Source of the DNA: Candidatus Woesebacteria bacterium UBA5941
Lineage (GTDB): Bacteria; Patescibacteriota; Microgenomatia; UBA8517
NCBI GenBank assembly: GCA_002430735.1
Contig: DJCV01000008.1
Span: 3,111 to 67,110 of the forward strand
Reading direction: 5' to 3'
Length of the DNA: 64,000 nt
The notes under the pieces are model-generated. The model made no database searches, was not told where the DNA came from, and saw only the letters and a list, made by a program, of their open reading frames with translations. Below, in pieces: positions 1-9,515 of this stretch (its first letter is position 1; each line of letters begins with the position of its first letter). The position numbers and the translations under genes were made by a program.

Positions 1-134
1 CCGAAGGGTAAATTCTTCAATGAGTCAAACGGAGCAACAACAAGACGTACTCGATTCTCTTTATTTTGTAATAACTTTTCTACTAAGTGACTTCCTATAA
101 ATCCAGCGGCACCGGTGACGAGTATTGTTTTCAT
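1..134 (-). CDS. NAD-dependent epimerase/dehydratase, 5' part only (runs off the window edge)
   Basis: Read manually (not in ORF track): MKTILVTGAAGFIGSHLVEKLL, a GxxGxxG Rossmann motif; ATGA overlap with upstream GT4 stop. Confidence 0.85.
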   Translation of the reverse strand, partial: MKTILVTGAAGFIGSHLVEKLLQNKENRVRLVVAPFDSLKNLPF

Positions 135-1258
135 TGTGGCGAATAGGAGTCAATGATAACACTAACATTACGCGGGCTAAAGTGGTTCTCTGCATAGATT
201 GTTGCCGCATCAGACATCTTGCGCAATGTTTTAGCGTCAAGAGTATTTACTGCTTGGGCGATATTTTCAGCAGAAACATCAATTAACATACCGACGTCTC
301 GGGTTACAATGTCCGGGATAGCTCCCCGTTTCGAGCCAATAACCGGAATTCCACACGCGAGTGCTTCGATAATTACTCGACCAAACCCTTCATCATGTGT
401 AGAAGGAACAATTAACAGATCAGCACCATTTAAAATGGCAGGTAGTTTCTCATTTGGGACAAGACCTACGTACTGAATTCGCTTCTCCACTTTAGCTGCT
501 TTCTTGACAACATCTTCGAGGGGTCCAGTACCTACAACCGCAATTTTGTGCGAATTCTTTAAGAGCTTAGCCGCTGCAAGTAATTCATGAATCCCTTTTT
601 CTGGAACCAAACGTCCAACAAATAAAGCAATATGTTTATCCACCCACTTGTACGTTTTGCGTGTAGATGCACGGATCTGTTTGTTACGTTTAAAAATCTC
701 TAGATTAATCCAATACGTAAATTGGTGTATGCAGTTATTTGGGATACCGAGACTCACAATTTCCTGTACTGATTGTTTTGAAAGACACAAAGCAGCATTC
801 GCGTTTTTAAAAATAAATTGTGCGAGACTTCTGTAGAGACCCGTTTTAGGAAACTTATACAGTGAATGTGTAGAAACAACACTACGAACTCCTAATAATC
901 GTCCCCAAAAAACAGCACAGAGCCCTGAAACAATTCCGTGGGCATGTATCACATCCGGTCTAAAATACAGTATCGTAAACGGCAGGAAAAAGAATAAACC
1001 AGGAACAAGATACAGAAACGACAATATGGAACTTTGCTCGAATCGGTAATAGAGTCCGCGCAACCATGGAATGCGAAAAATAGTGATATCTTTGGAACGA
1101 CTAATAACTTGCCATTTAGCAGTAGATACGAGCGGTCTGTAAGTTAGAACGAATACTGAGTGATTTTTTTTACTTAACTCACTCACCAGATCAGTTAAAT
1201 GTGTCTCAACACCACCAACATTTGGTGCAAAGTGTGCAGATACTTGGAGGATCTTCAT
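131..1258 (-). CDS. GT4 glycosyltransferase
   Basis: N-terminal GGVE, FVGRLVPEKG, EGFGRVIIEA (E-x7-E) motifs. Confidence 0.92.
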   Translation of the reverse strand: MKILQVSAHFAPNVGGVETHLTDLVSELSKKNHSVFVLTYRPLVSTAKWQVISRSKDITIFRIPWLRGLYYRFEQSSILSFLYLVPGLFFFLPFTILYFRPDVIHAHGIVSGLCAVFWGRLLGVRSVVSTHSLYKFPKTGLYRSLAQFIFKNANAALCLSKQSVQEIVSLGIPNNCIHQFTYWINLEIFKRNKQIRASTRKTYKWVDKHIALFVGRLVPEKGIHELLAAAKLLKNSHKIAVVGTGPLEDVVKKAAKVEKRIQYVGLVPNEKLPAILNGADLLIVPSTHDEGFGRVIIEALACGIPVIGSKRGAIPDIVTRDVGMLIDVSAENIAQAVNTLDAKTLRKMSDAATIYAENHFSPRNVSVIIDSYSPQ

Positions 1259-2085
1259 AAATTTTGAAACTTCCCGACTATAAACCCAAAACCACCGCCC
1301 ACTAGTTCAAACGTGAACATTATAAACATACAGAGAGATAGTACTGGTTTCGCAATTATCATCCTCCAATTTTTGTAAAATACTGGTCTTAGAAAATAAA
1401 TAGTTTTGGGAGATATTGCAGAAATGTTGTGTTTTTTTAAATATCGGTGGGAAGTGAGAGCGTAATAATACTTCTTTTTCGCGAGTGCAAATGGGGAGGG
1501 AACGCGTTCAAAGTGCTTGATACTCGACTTGATTCGCGCTTTTTTGAACCCGCTCTTTTTAATACGTTCGGGTAAATCCCAATCCTCAGGGCCAGTAATA
1601 GTTTCATCATAACCACCTACTGCGTCAAAGGATGCCTTGCTAAAAAATCGCTCCGCATCTGTGGTTGAATCGCCTTCCAGATTATAAAAGGATCGCTCAT
1701 GTGCTTTTACGCGCTCCCAGAAGGTGGTTGCGATCGAAATCTCAGGTATGGATACAGCACCAATTGTAGGTTTAGACTTAAACACTTTCACACATTCAGC
1801 AATGACATTGTTTTCAAGCTGCATATCGGCATCGAGAAATAAAACATATTCGCCGTTAGCTTTTTTGGCGCCGAAATTTCTTTGAACACTACGCTCAGGC
1901 CCTCTTTGATATACTGCCTTTGTATACTTTTTAGCGATACGTGCTGTATTATCCTGAGAATGATTATCGACAACTATAATTTCAATCCTCTTATATGTTT
2001 GTGCTGTAATGCTTTCGAGCAACCGTTCAATGACCTTCCCTTCATTTTTAGTTGTAATGATTACTGAAACTAGTCCTTTACTCAT
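1255..2085 (-). CDS. GT2 glycosyltransferase (start MSKGLVS)
   Basis: VSVIITTKNE, VVDNHSQD, FLDAD, EDWDL; TATAAT 6 nt before ATG 2085. Confidence 0.9.
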   Translation of the reverse strand: MSKGLVSVIITTKNEGKVIERLLESITAQTYKRIEIIVVDNHSQDNTARIAKKYTKAVYQRGPERSVQRNFGAKKANGEYVLFLDADMQLENNVIAECVKVFKSKPTIGAVSIPEISIATTFWERVKAHERSFYNLEGDSTTDAERFFSKASFDAVGGYDETITGPEDWDLPERIKKSGFKKARIKSSIKHFERVPSPFALAKKKYYYALTSHRYLKKHNISAISPKTIYFLRPVFYKNWRMIIAKPVLSLCMFIMFTFELVGGGFGFIVGKFQNL

Positions 2086-2088
2086 TCC

Positions 2089-3876
2089 ATGATTATAGCT
2101 CAAAAAAAACATATTTCACTTTTCAAAGTGTTCCTCTACTCACTATCGCTTGTAACAATAATAAGTTTCCTCGTATTAAAACCGAGCTTTCACTTGTCGT
2201 TAACCGGTGATGATTATTTGGGGCTGTGGAGATATAACGGACACTTATCGGGAAGAGAGGGAGGCAATTGGAATGCCTTCTCATATTTCCTTAGTGACTA
2301 TGGTCCACAAGACACCTTTACGTTTTTGATTCACTCATTCTTTGGATTTAATCCACTTCCGTATTTCATCGCTTCTTTCTTATTGAGACTTATTGCCGCC
2401 TTATCTTTTATACCGCTTGTACTCCTGCTTTCTGGCAACCCGTATGTAGCAAGCTTCACTGCCGTTTTGTTTAGTGTATCCACAACAGGACTGGAAACAA
2501 CAGATTGGTCATTTAATATGCCGTCGTATTTAGCGATTTGCTTTATGAATATGTTTTTATACTTTTATACGCAGCAAAAACAGCGATTCGCATCCGTGTT
2601 TACTTCGGCAGTCCTCTTCCTACTCGCGATCATTTCACAGCCGATACGACTAATGTTTCTCCCGCTCGTTGTTCTATTAGTCGAAGTCCATCGGGTACGA
2701 GCAACACGTTCACCGGAGCAATTGAAATCTTCACTACAAAAAGTAGTTGTATATGTGGTGATTACTATCTTATTACTTGCAACTACCCACATTGGAAGGT
2801 CTGCAGGCGGGCTCGCTGATCCTTCAACAGATAAATCTGTAATAACAAAGCTTGCCGACGCGTATGTAACACCTTTAGCTACAGCACTGTCGAATGGAAA
2901 CTACATTGTGATATTAAACCCGATAGGGCAGTTGGGGAATGTTTTAGTACCTTTTACCTTAACACCTCAATCGCTAGAGATTATTTCGAATAAGGCGGCA
3001 ATTGGACTAAGCGCTCTTTCATATACCATCTTCATGGTATGTATTTTGTTATTAGTAAAAAGACACAGGTTCATTTTTAGTTTAAGTGGTTTCTGTTGGA
3101 CTGTTTTTTCATTTGTCTCTCTAAAACTGGTTCCAGAGTATCCGCTTAATACATCGAGTTTCTTGCCGTACTTATATGGAGGGTATGCAGTGATATTCTT
3201 TTTTGCGTTATATATTCGGTCAAACAAACAAAAAGAGTCTATTCGGCTGATGCTTCTTCTATCTGGAGCACTCATTTTTGGAAGCTATCTCATTCCTTGG
3301 CTCCGCACGCCTACACAAATATATATTACAACTGGACGATACTTAATTGTGGCAGGAGCAGGAGCTGCACTTTTTTACACTTCAGTCCTTATACATTTAG
3401 CTGGGAATAAGATAATGGCATTCGGATTTATGTCGCTTATCGTGCTGATGAACGTTGTCGGATCAACACACTACCTTTCTTACTTACATGCAGTGAGAAA
3501 TCGCGAAATGACAGAGAGAATTAGGTCCTCTGTTCCATACATTCCAACAATGGGACGTAGTGATATACCAACTGTGGTTTATTTCGAATCTGACAATGAT
3601 CAGATTCTCCAGCATACGCTCATGTTTGGATTCCCAGTGATTATGAGTTTCAGATTCAATTTTACCGATATCTGGAATACTGCGTATACGACAAGTTGGG
3701 GTGAAGTTCAAGCAAGCGTCAAAGATGGCAGTGGACTTGCTCGCTTCGGCACGATTAAAACTTTGCCAGTCCCACTTAGTCATGTTTACTCATTTAAGCT
3801 AGAGCGGGGTAATTTATATGACACTACTGAAGAGACACGGTATAAATTAGAACAGGAGTTGCTTCAAACTAATTGA
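2089..3876 (+). CDS. Polytopic membrane protein, probable GT-C glycosyltransferase
   Basis: Many TM segments, GDD acidic pair after TM1, late GRY motif, soluble C-terminal domain. Confidence 0.6.
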   Translation: MIIAQKKHISLFKVFLYSLSLVTIISFLVLKPSFHLSLTGDDYLGLWRYNGHLSGREGGNWNAFSYFLSDYGPQDTFTFLIHSFFGFNPLPYFIASFLLRLIAALSFIPLVLLLSGNPYVASFTAVLFSVSTTGLETTDWSFNMPSYLAICFMNMFLYFYTQQKQRFASVFTSAVLFLLAIISQPIRLMFLPLVVLLVEVHRVRATRSPEQLKSSLQKVVVYVVITILLLATTHIGRSAGGLADPSTDKSVITKLADAYVTPLATALSNGNYIVILNPIGQLGNVLVPFTLTPQSLEIISNKAAIGLSALSYTIFMVCILLLVKRHRFIFSLSGFCWTVFSFVSLKLVPEYPLNTSSFLPYLYGGYAVIFFFALYIRSNKQKESIRLMLLLSGALIFGSYLIPWLRTPTQIYITTGRYLIVAGAGAALFYTSVLIHLAGNKIMAFGFMSLIVLMNVVGSTHYLSYLHAVRNREMTERIRSSVPYIPTMGRSDIPTVVYFESDNDQILQHTLMFGFPVIMSFRFNFTDIWNTAYTTSWGEVQASVKDGSGLARFGTIKTLPVPLSHVYSFKLERGNLYDTTEETRYKLEQELLQTN

Positions 3877-4646
3877 TCAAAACTAGTATTGGTATTTTGG
3901 GTCTTCAGCATTTTGATCAAATTACTTGCCTTTAGAAGTTGATCGGAGTCGTTTATGTTTATGTTGTGTCCTCTAATAGTATACCCATACGCTTTCTTCA
4001 GTCTTGCAAGTTCGTTAATGGTATATGTGATTTCGCGTTCATTGCGGATGGGATGAACAGGTGTTTGTCTAATATAGCGATAAATATCTGGATTAAAGAT
4101 ATATACACCGCAACCACGAGTCAGATATGGAGGATTTTCAGGTTTTTCAAGTATCTCTATAATACGCCCGTCACTTTGTAACTTCACAGAACATGTTTGA
4201 CTAAGTATGGCGCGATCACGCTCTTTGATAACCGCTTCCATCACAACAGGGTTCACCTTAGAAAATTCATTCACCATCCCCTCAAGTGAGTCGGTTACAG
4301 TGCAATCATCTCCATAAACAACCATAAACGGTTTATCTTTAGTAAATTCTTCTGCAAGTAGAATTGCTTCCCCTGTCCCTCCGATCTGTTCCTGTTCAAT
4401 GAAATGAATTCTCGCTCGCAAATCGATTTTAACGAGATCAAGATATCCTTTTACCTTTTCTTTAAATACGTTAACGATTATATAAATGTCTTCAATGCCT
4501 ACCGCCTGCATTTGGTCAATAACGTAGTGAATAATTGGACGATCGTATACAGGGAATAGCGTTTTTGGTAGTAATCCAGACATGTAGCCTAAACGTCGGC
4601 CTGCACCAGCCGCAGGTATTACTCCTATTTTAATTGGGTTAGCCAT
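3864..4646 (-). CDS. Sugar-phosphate nucleotidyltransferase (start MANPIK)
   Basis: GVIPAAGAGRRL, LPK, YGDD, EKP motifs; start overlaps upstream stop. Confidence 0.88.
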   Translation of the reverse strand: MANPIKIGVIPAAGAGRRLGYMSGLLPKTLFPVYDRPIIHYVIDQMQAVGIEDIYIIVNVFKEKVKGYLDLVKIDLRARIHFIEQEQIGGTGEAILLAEEFTKDKPFMVVYGDDCTVTDSLEGMVNEFSKVNPVVMEAVIKERDRAILSQTCSVKLQSDGRIIEILEKPENPPYLTRGCGVYIFNPDIYRYIRQTPVHPIRNEREITYTINELARLKKAYGYTIRGHNININDSDQLLKASNLIKMLKTQNTNTSFDQLV

Positions 4647-5676
4647 TCTTGATTTCAAAAAGTGAAGTGTTTTTTTGAACCCAGTCGACAAGTTCTTCAA
4701 TTCCCTGTCTCGGCATAACTTTAGCGCTCCAGCGCAAACGCTTCTTAGCTTTTGTAGTATCGCAGGCAAAATACACGAGGTCTCCCATGCGAGATGGTTG
4801 ATACTTAATTTCAGACTTTTTACCGAGAATATCTTCAATCATGTGAATACATTCGATCAGTGAAATTAATGTCTGCTTTCCCCCACCGATATTGTAAACG
4901 CCTGCCTTTTGGGTTTTATAAAATGCGTCAAAACTTCTGACCAAATCTGAAACATGCAAAATGTCTCGTGCTTGTTTGCCTGTACCAAAAATAGTCAGTG
5001 GATACCCCATTACGGATCTAATAGCAAAATTTGCGACCCATCCGTGATCTTCACCACCAAATTGTCGTGAGCCATACAATCCGGTTAACCTGAATGACGC
5101 AATTGGCAATTTGTAGGTATCAATGTATGTTTTGAAATATAAATCAGCTGCATGCTTAGATGCGTGGAGTGGAGTGAGCATTCCTTCAACAAGTGGGTGA
5201 TTTTCATCAATTTCAACCGGTCTTCTGATGTATCGGGTCTTTCCTTCTTTAACCTCATCTTTAATTTTATTTCCATAAATATGAATGGTCGCACATGAGA
5301 CTGTCGGGATCCTAAATTTGCGGGCACACTCTAATACATTAAACGTGCCTACAACATTGGTTGTGAAGTCGAGTTCAGGATCCTCCCATGAGATGGTCAT
5401 GGCAGGTTGTGCCGCCGTGTGAATTAAGAAATCAGATTTTTTAGCATACGACTCCAATGTTTTTGCATCCCGTATATCTTCTTTTATAATTTCAACGCCA
5501 ATACTCTTTAAATAATCTAAATTATGAAATCGTGCTTTTTCTGTAGAATATCCAGTTCTTCGAAGCTCAAACTTAGTCAAATTGTCATAAGCGTATACTT
5601 TTGCGCCATTTTTTTTGTAATGTTCGCACACATGTGAACCAGCAAAGCCACACCCTCCAGTTACAAGAACTTTCAT
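4639..5676 (-). CDS. NDP-sugar epimerase, CDP-paratose/tyvelose 2-epimerase (RfbE)-like
   Basis: TGGCGFAGS, HTAAQPAM, YGSRQFGGEDHGWV, GKQARDILHV; HASK in place of YxxxK. Confidence 0.8.
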   Translation of the reverse strand: MKVLVTGGCGFAGSHVCEHYKKNGAKVYAYDNLTKFELRRTGYSTEKARFHNLDYLKSIGVEIIKEDIRDAKTLESYAKKSDFLIHTAAQPAMTISWEDPELDFTTNVVGTFNVLECARKFRIPTVSCATIHIYGNKIKDEVKEGKTRYIRRPVEIDENHPLVEGMLTPLHASKHAADLYFKTYIDTYKLPIASFRLTGLYGSRQFGGEDHGWVANFAIRSVMGYPLTIFGTGKQARDILHVSDLVRSFDAFYKTQKAGVYNIGGGKQTLISLIECIHMIEDILGKKSEIKYQPSRMGDLVYFACDTTKAKKRLRWSAKVMPRQGIEELVDWVQKNTSLFEIKNG

Positions 5677-5682
5677 ATACTT

Positions 5683-5711
5683 GTTATACTCATCTAATTG
5701 TACTTTTTCAA
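5683..5711 (-). promoter_or_regulatory. Sigma70-like promoter, probably leaderless
   Basis: TTGAAA-N17-TATAAC-N6-ATG(5676). Confidence 0.55.
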
Positions 5712-5738
5712 TAACGTAAATTGAGATACAATTCTGAT

Positions 5739-6530
5739 ATGAAAAAATTCAAAGGTTTAATTCAAGAAACTCCGACCCATACAATTTCTGAATTCGCGAA
5801 AAAGAGAACAAAATACTGTCTTATTATTCCCGTTATCAATGAAGGTGAGAAATTTAAAAAGCAAGTAAAACGATTAAAGCCGTTTTCAAAGATTATAGAT
5901 ATTATAATTGCAGACGGTGGCAGTACAGATGGGTCTACTTCCAAAGTTTTCTTAAGATCACAAAAAGTGCGAGTGCTACTTATAAAAACAGGTGAAGGTA
6001 AATTAGGCGCACAGTTGAGAATGGCGTTCTTATACGCATTATCTCAAGGGTATGAAGGTATTATCACAATGGATGGAAATGGCAAAGATGGTCCATCTGC
6101 AATACCTCGGTTTATTAAGGCTTTGGAAGCGGGGTTTGATTATGTTCAGGCTTCTCGATTTATAAAAGGCGGAAAAGGAATTAACACACCGCTACTAAGA
6201 TATTTTGGCATTCGATTTATACTTTCTCCAATATTAAGTTTCGCATCACGCTACTGGTATACGGATGTTTCGAATGCGTTTCGTGCATATAGTAAACGGC
6301 TGTTACTCAATAAGGACTTACAACTGTATCGCAGTATTTTTTCTCGTTACGAAATTTTATTTTATATAACTGCCAGAACAAAACAGCTTGGTATGAAAAC
6401 AAAAGAAATTCCTGCTATCAGAAAGTACCCTTCATCAGGAAAAACACCGACTAAAATTGTGGGAGTTAGGAGCTATATTGAATTAATAGTTAACTGCGTT
6501 CGAATTTCGCAAGGGAAATATAACCCTTAA
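5739..6530 (+). CDS. GT2 polyprenyl-phosphate glycosyltransferase (DPM1/ArnC-like; start MKKFKG)
   Basis: IIPVINEG, ADGGSTDG, MDGNGKD, ASRF, TDVSNAFRAY; TACAAT-N6-ATG. Confidence 0.85.
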   Translation: MKKFKGLIQETPTHTISEFAKKRTKYCLIIPVINEGEKFKKQVKRLKPFSKIIDIIIADGGSTDGSTSKVFLRSQKVRVLLIKTGEGKLGAQLRMAFLYALSQGYEGIITMDGNGKDGPSAIPRFIKALEAGFDYVQASRFIKGGKGINTPLLRYFGIRFILSPILSFASRYWYTDVSNAFRAYSKRLLLNKDLQLYRSIFSRYEILFYITARTKQLGMKTKEIPAIRKYPSSGKTPTKIVGVRSYIELIVNCVRISQGKYNP

Positions 6531-7567
6531 TGCGATTCAATATGCATCAGTCCTCTGTTTAAATTATCTTGTTCAATTCCATTCACAGTAGGCATCACAA
6601 CAGTTGTGAATCCTTCTTGCCTAATGCGGCAATACAAATCTTCAAAATCGTTGATTTTCATTGATTGTGCACTGTCAGTATCCGTTGCAATCATCGGTCT
6701 CAAAGAGACCCAAGTATTTTCCGTTGAAAAATGTGCCTTTAATACTGCGGGGTCTATTATTGACCCTGCATGGACGACAAATGCGAGCGTTGATGCATAT
6801 CCGCTCATTGAATAGATGTTTGAAAATGTTGCGGCGATTTCTTCAAAACTATAAAGAGGATGTGTCGTGGGCGAGTAGTGCCAGACATGTTCCATTCTTT
6901 GTTCTTGTTCGGTGCTATGAAGTGATACCTGAAATCGAGCCTTATGGTTCATGTGATGATCTCGCATTACGCGGGTAGCTTCCTCAAACTGCTCAAGGGG
7001 TGCGTTTCCTGTCTTCGCCGCTATCGTTGACCACCGAGAAGCTTCTATTCGATCATGCGCGGCAATAGTCAATATGAGCTGCAGCGTATCTCTGTTATAT
7101 GAAGGGTCACCAGATAAGAGCGGGTTCACTCGGAATGATTCTCCAGGGTTTAGAAGTCCTCTCATTTCGGCAATTTGAACAGCCTTAGAAATGAGCATGT
7201 TCATTGTTGACGGTTCAACACGTGAGGCAATTCGATTCTCTCGACCAAAACCTTCTAACGCAGTCACTTCTCTATGGTTTGCAAATACACATCCTCGACA
7301 ATCTGCGGCACAGTGGCCATTTGCCTGTAGCGGCAATAAGAGGGTGTGGTTTTTAAAAGTTGGCTGATCTTCAACAGAAAGAAGTTGTTTTAAGGTGTCT
7401 ATATCAGGGTTTATTACATTTGGTCCGTAGGAAGCGGTCCATACTAGTGGATAGGTTTGTCCTTCACAAGAAACTAATGCCTCAATACTCTGGTCTGGAT
7501 ACTGTTCAATTTTAAGTACGGAAGACCCTTCTAGCAAATCATTTTCAATGGATCTCTCTGGCGACAT
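6527..7567 (-). CDS. Divergent RlmN/Cfr-fold radical SAM protein
   Basis: CAADCRGC (CxxxCxxC), SGDP (cf. MGEP), QVSLHST (cf. AISLHAP), GFTTVV (cf. GFTTIV). Confidence 0.75.
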   Translation of the reverse strand: MSPERSIENDLLEGSSVLKIEQYPDQSIEALVSCEGQTYPLVWTASYGPNVINPDIDTLKQLLSVEDQPTFKNHTLLLPLQANGHCAADCRGCVFANHREVTALEGFGRENRIASRVEPSTMNMLISKAVQIAEMRGLLNPGESFRVNPLLSGDPSYNRDTLQLILTIAAHDRIEASRWSTIAAKTGNAPLEQFEEATRVMRDHHMNHKARFQVSLHSTEQEQRMEHVWHYSPTTHPLYSFEEIAATFSNIYSMSGYASTLAFVVHAGSIIDPAVLKAHFSTENTWVSLRPMIATDTDSAQSMKINDFEDLYCRIRQEGFTTVVMPTVNGIEQDNLNRGLMHIESH

Positions 7568-7573
7568 TGAAAA

Positions 7574-8692
7574 TTATAACACCTCGATAAGCTTGAGACT
7601 TTTGGTGGAGCTTTCTTTCCAAGTAAAAGTGTGTGCCCACTGTTTGGCATTAGATGAAAGTTTTTTGTATCGCTTTTTGTCATTACATAGCGAAATGACT
7701 TCATGAGCAAGCAGCTCTGGAGAGGATTTCACCAAAACACCGGTTACCCCATCAAGCACAGAATCCCGGGTACCGGCAACGTCATAACCCACAACAGGTG
7801 TTCCGCACGCATTTGATTCAATATTAACGAGTCCCCAACCTTCACGGACAGACGGGTTCACCAACACATGAGATTTGGCAAGTAAGCGGAATTTTTTAAC
7901 ATTGCTTACAAACCCCCAATATACGGTATTCTTTTCAATGCCGAGTCGTATAACCTCTTTTTTAAGGAAATCCTTCATTTCTTTATCTGTCTTCCCAACA
8001 ATCCAAAACTTCCAAGTGGGTTCCTGTTTGTGGATTAAAGAAAATGCCTGCAATGCATCAGAAATTCCTTTATCTTTACTCACCGCACCGAGAAAGGTGA
8101 TAGTTGGTACACTGGTTTTTGCTCCGGGTGTTTTTGGAACATCTGAGAAATTAGTGCCATTGTGAATCACGGTAATTGCGTTCTGTGGGATACCCCATTC
8201 CATCAGATCTTTTTTTGTTGATTCTGACACTGTTAAAAATGGAATGCGTCGATATACGAAACGGATAATACTTGATTCAAAAAGCGACCCAAATATGCCA
8301 GGAATTAAATTAAATGGTTTCGGCCACGGGTTCATCCACCAGACTTCTTTAGCTACCTCATGAATGTACGCAAGCTTTTTTGTTCGTACGTATAACGGAG
8401 TAAAAAATGGTAAACCGTGAATTTGATCGATGACGAGATCAAACGATGGATGTTGTTTGAATAAATACCAAATAGCGGCAGAAAGTTGCACCCCGAATGC
8501 AGCTGATCCTTTTCTTATAATATGAATGTCATCGAGCGTTTCAGTCGCATTTGCCCCTGGATACATTGACGTAAACCACCACACAGAATGACCTGCCTTC
8601 TGCCAAGCCTTTATATGTTCAATGGTAACTTGCTCTGCTCCACCATTGTTGGGGTGCCCAGGCCCTCTCCAACTCAACATCAATATATTCAT
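7574..8692 (-). CDS. GT4 glycosyltransferase
   Basis: GGAE, KDKG, EGWGLVNIES motifs. Confidence 0.92.
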   Translation of the reverse strand: MNILMLSWRGPGHPNNGGAEQVTIEHIKAWQKAGHSVWWFTSMYPGANATETLDDIHIIRKGSAAFGVQLSAAIWYLFKQHPSFDLVIDQIHGLPFFTPLYVRTKKLAYIHEVAKEVWWMNPWPKPFNLIPGIFGSLFESSIIRFVYRRIPFLTVSESTKKDLMEWGIPQNAITVIHNGTNFSDVPKTPGAKTSVPTITFLGAVSKDKGISDALQAFSLIHKQEPTWKFWIVGKTDKEMKDFLKKEVIRLGIEKNTVYWGFVSNVKKFRLLAKSHVLVNPSVREGWGLVNIESNACGTPVVGYDVAGTRDSVLDGVTGVLVKSSPELLAHEVISLCNDKKRYKKLSSNAKQWAHTFTWKESSTKSLKLIEVL

Positions 8693-8693
8693 A

Positions 8694-9515
8694 TTACTTT
8701 TTGACTAACGCGAGGTATTTCGGATTCACCCACATCTTTCGATTCTTATAATCATAGAAATGAAGAATACGAAGCCGATAAAATACCGCTGCAGTATCCC
8801 AGACCATACCGAAGACAATATTAAAGAACTTTTTAGAAATAATTGTAGACGGGCCAGAGAATTTCATTTTTAGTCGTACTGGAGCTTCGTAAATACGTGA
8901 ATACCCGAGATAATTAGCAACAGCGAGCATTTCTATATCAAATGCAAACTTTTTAACAAGCAAGCGAGGGAGAGTACGTTCAATCACTTCCCGCTTAAAA
9001 AATTTCATACCCACTTGGGTGTCTTTGACCTTCAAGCCAAAAAGTACCCGTACAAGTAACTGGTATCCAAATGAGAGGATCGTTCTCTGCCATGGATAAA
9101 CAACTTGAGATGCAGGATGTCGTTTACTGCCGATAATTACATCTGCGTTATACCATTGAAAATGTTCGAGAAGCATTGCCATACCGTTTGGATCAAGTTC
9201 TACTCCGGCATCGACAAACCCAACAATATCACCTTTCGCGCGCGACATTCCATATCTGACAGCATATCCTTTACCTAAATTGTTTTTATAGCCGAGTACA
9301 CGGAGGTTGTCATATTTTTTGCAGAGCTTTACTGCGTTTTCATATGTTCTATCGATCTGTCCATCTACGACGCAAATAAGCTCGAACTGGAATCTGCCTG
9401 CCTGAAGTACTTTGTATAAACTTTCAATATTCTTCTGTATAAATTGCTCCGCTTTATACGCGGGTATTACCACGGAAAGCTTTTGAGAAGTGATGCTTGA
9501 TTGCTCTGTTTTCAT
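8694..9515 (-). CDS. GT2, ALG5/dolichyl-phosphate glucosyltransferase-like
   Basis: NLGKGYAVRYG, GSKRH, DTQVGMKFF, FAFDIEML. Confidence 0.85.
   Translation of the reverse strand: MKTEQSSITSQKLSVVIPAYKAEQFIQKNIESLYKVLQAGRFQFELICVVDGQIDRTYENAVKLCKKYDNLRVLGYKNNLGKGYAVRYGMSRAKGDIVGFVDAGVELDPNGMAMLLEHFQWYNADVIIGSKRHPASQVVYPWQRTILSFGYQLLVRVLFGLKVKDTQVGMKFFKREVIERTLPRLLVKKFAFDIEMLAVANYLGYSRIYEAPVRLKMKFSGPSTIISKKFFNIVFGMVWDTAAVFYRLRILHFYDYKNRKMWVNPKYLALVKK

Noticed and set aside
6527-7567. Calling the radical SAM gene rlmN or cfr (resistance)
   Set aside because: Both mechanistic cysteines and the MGEP motif appear absent
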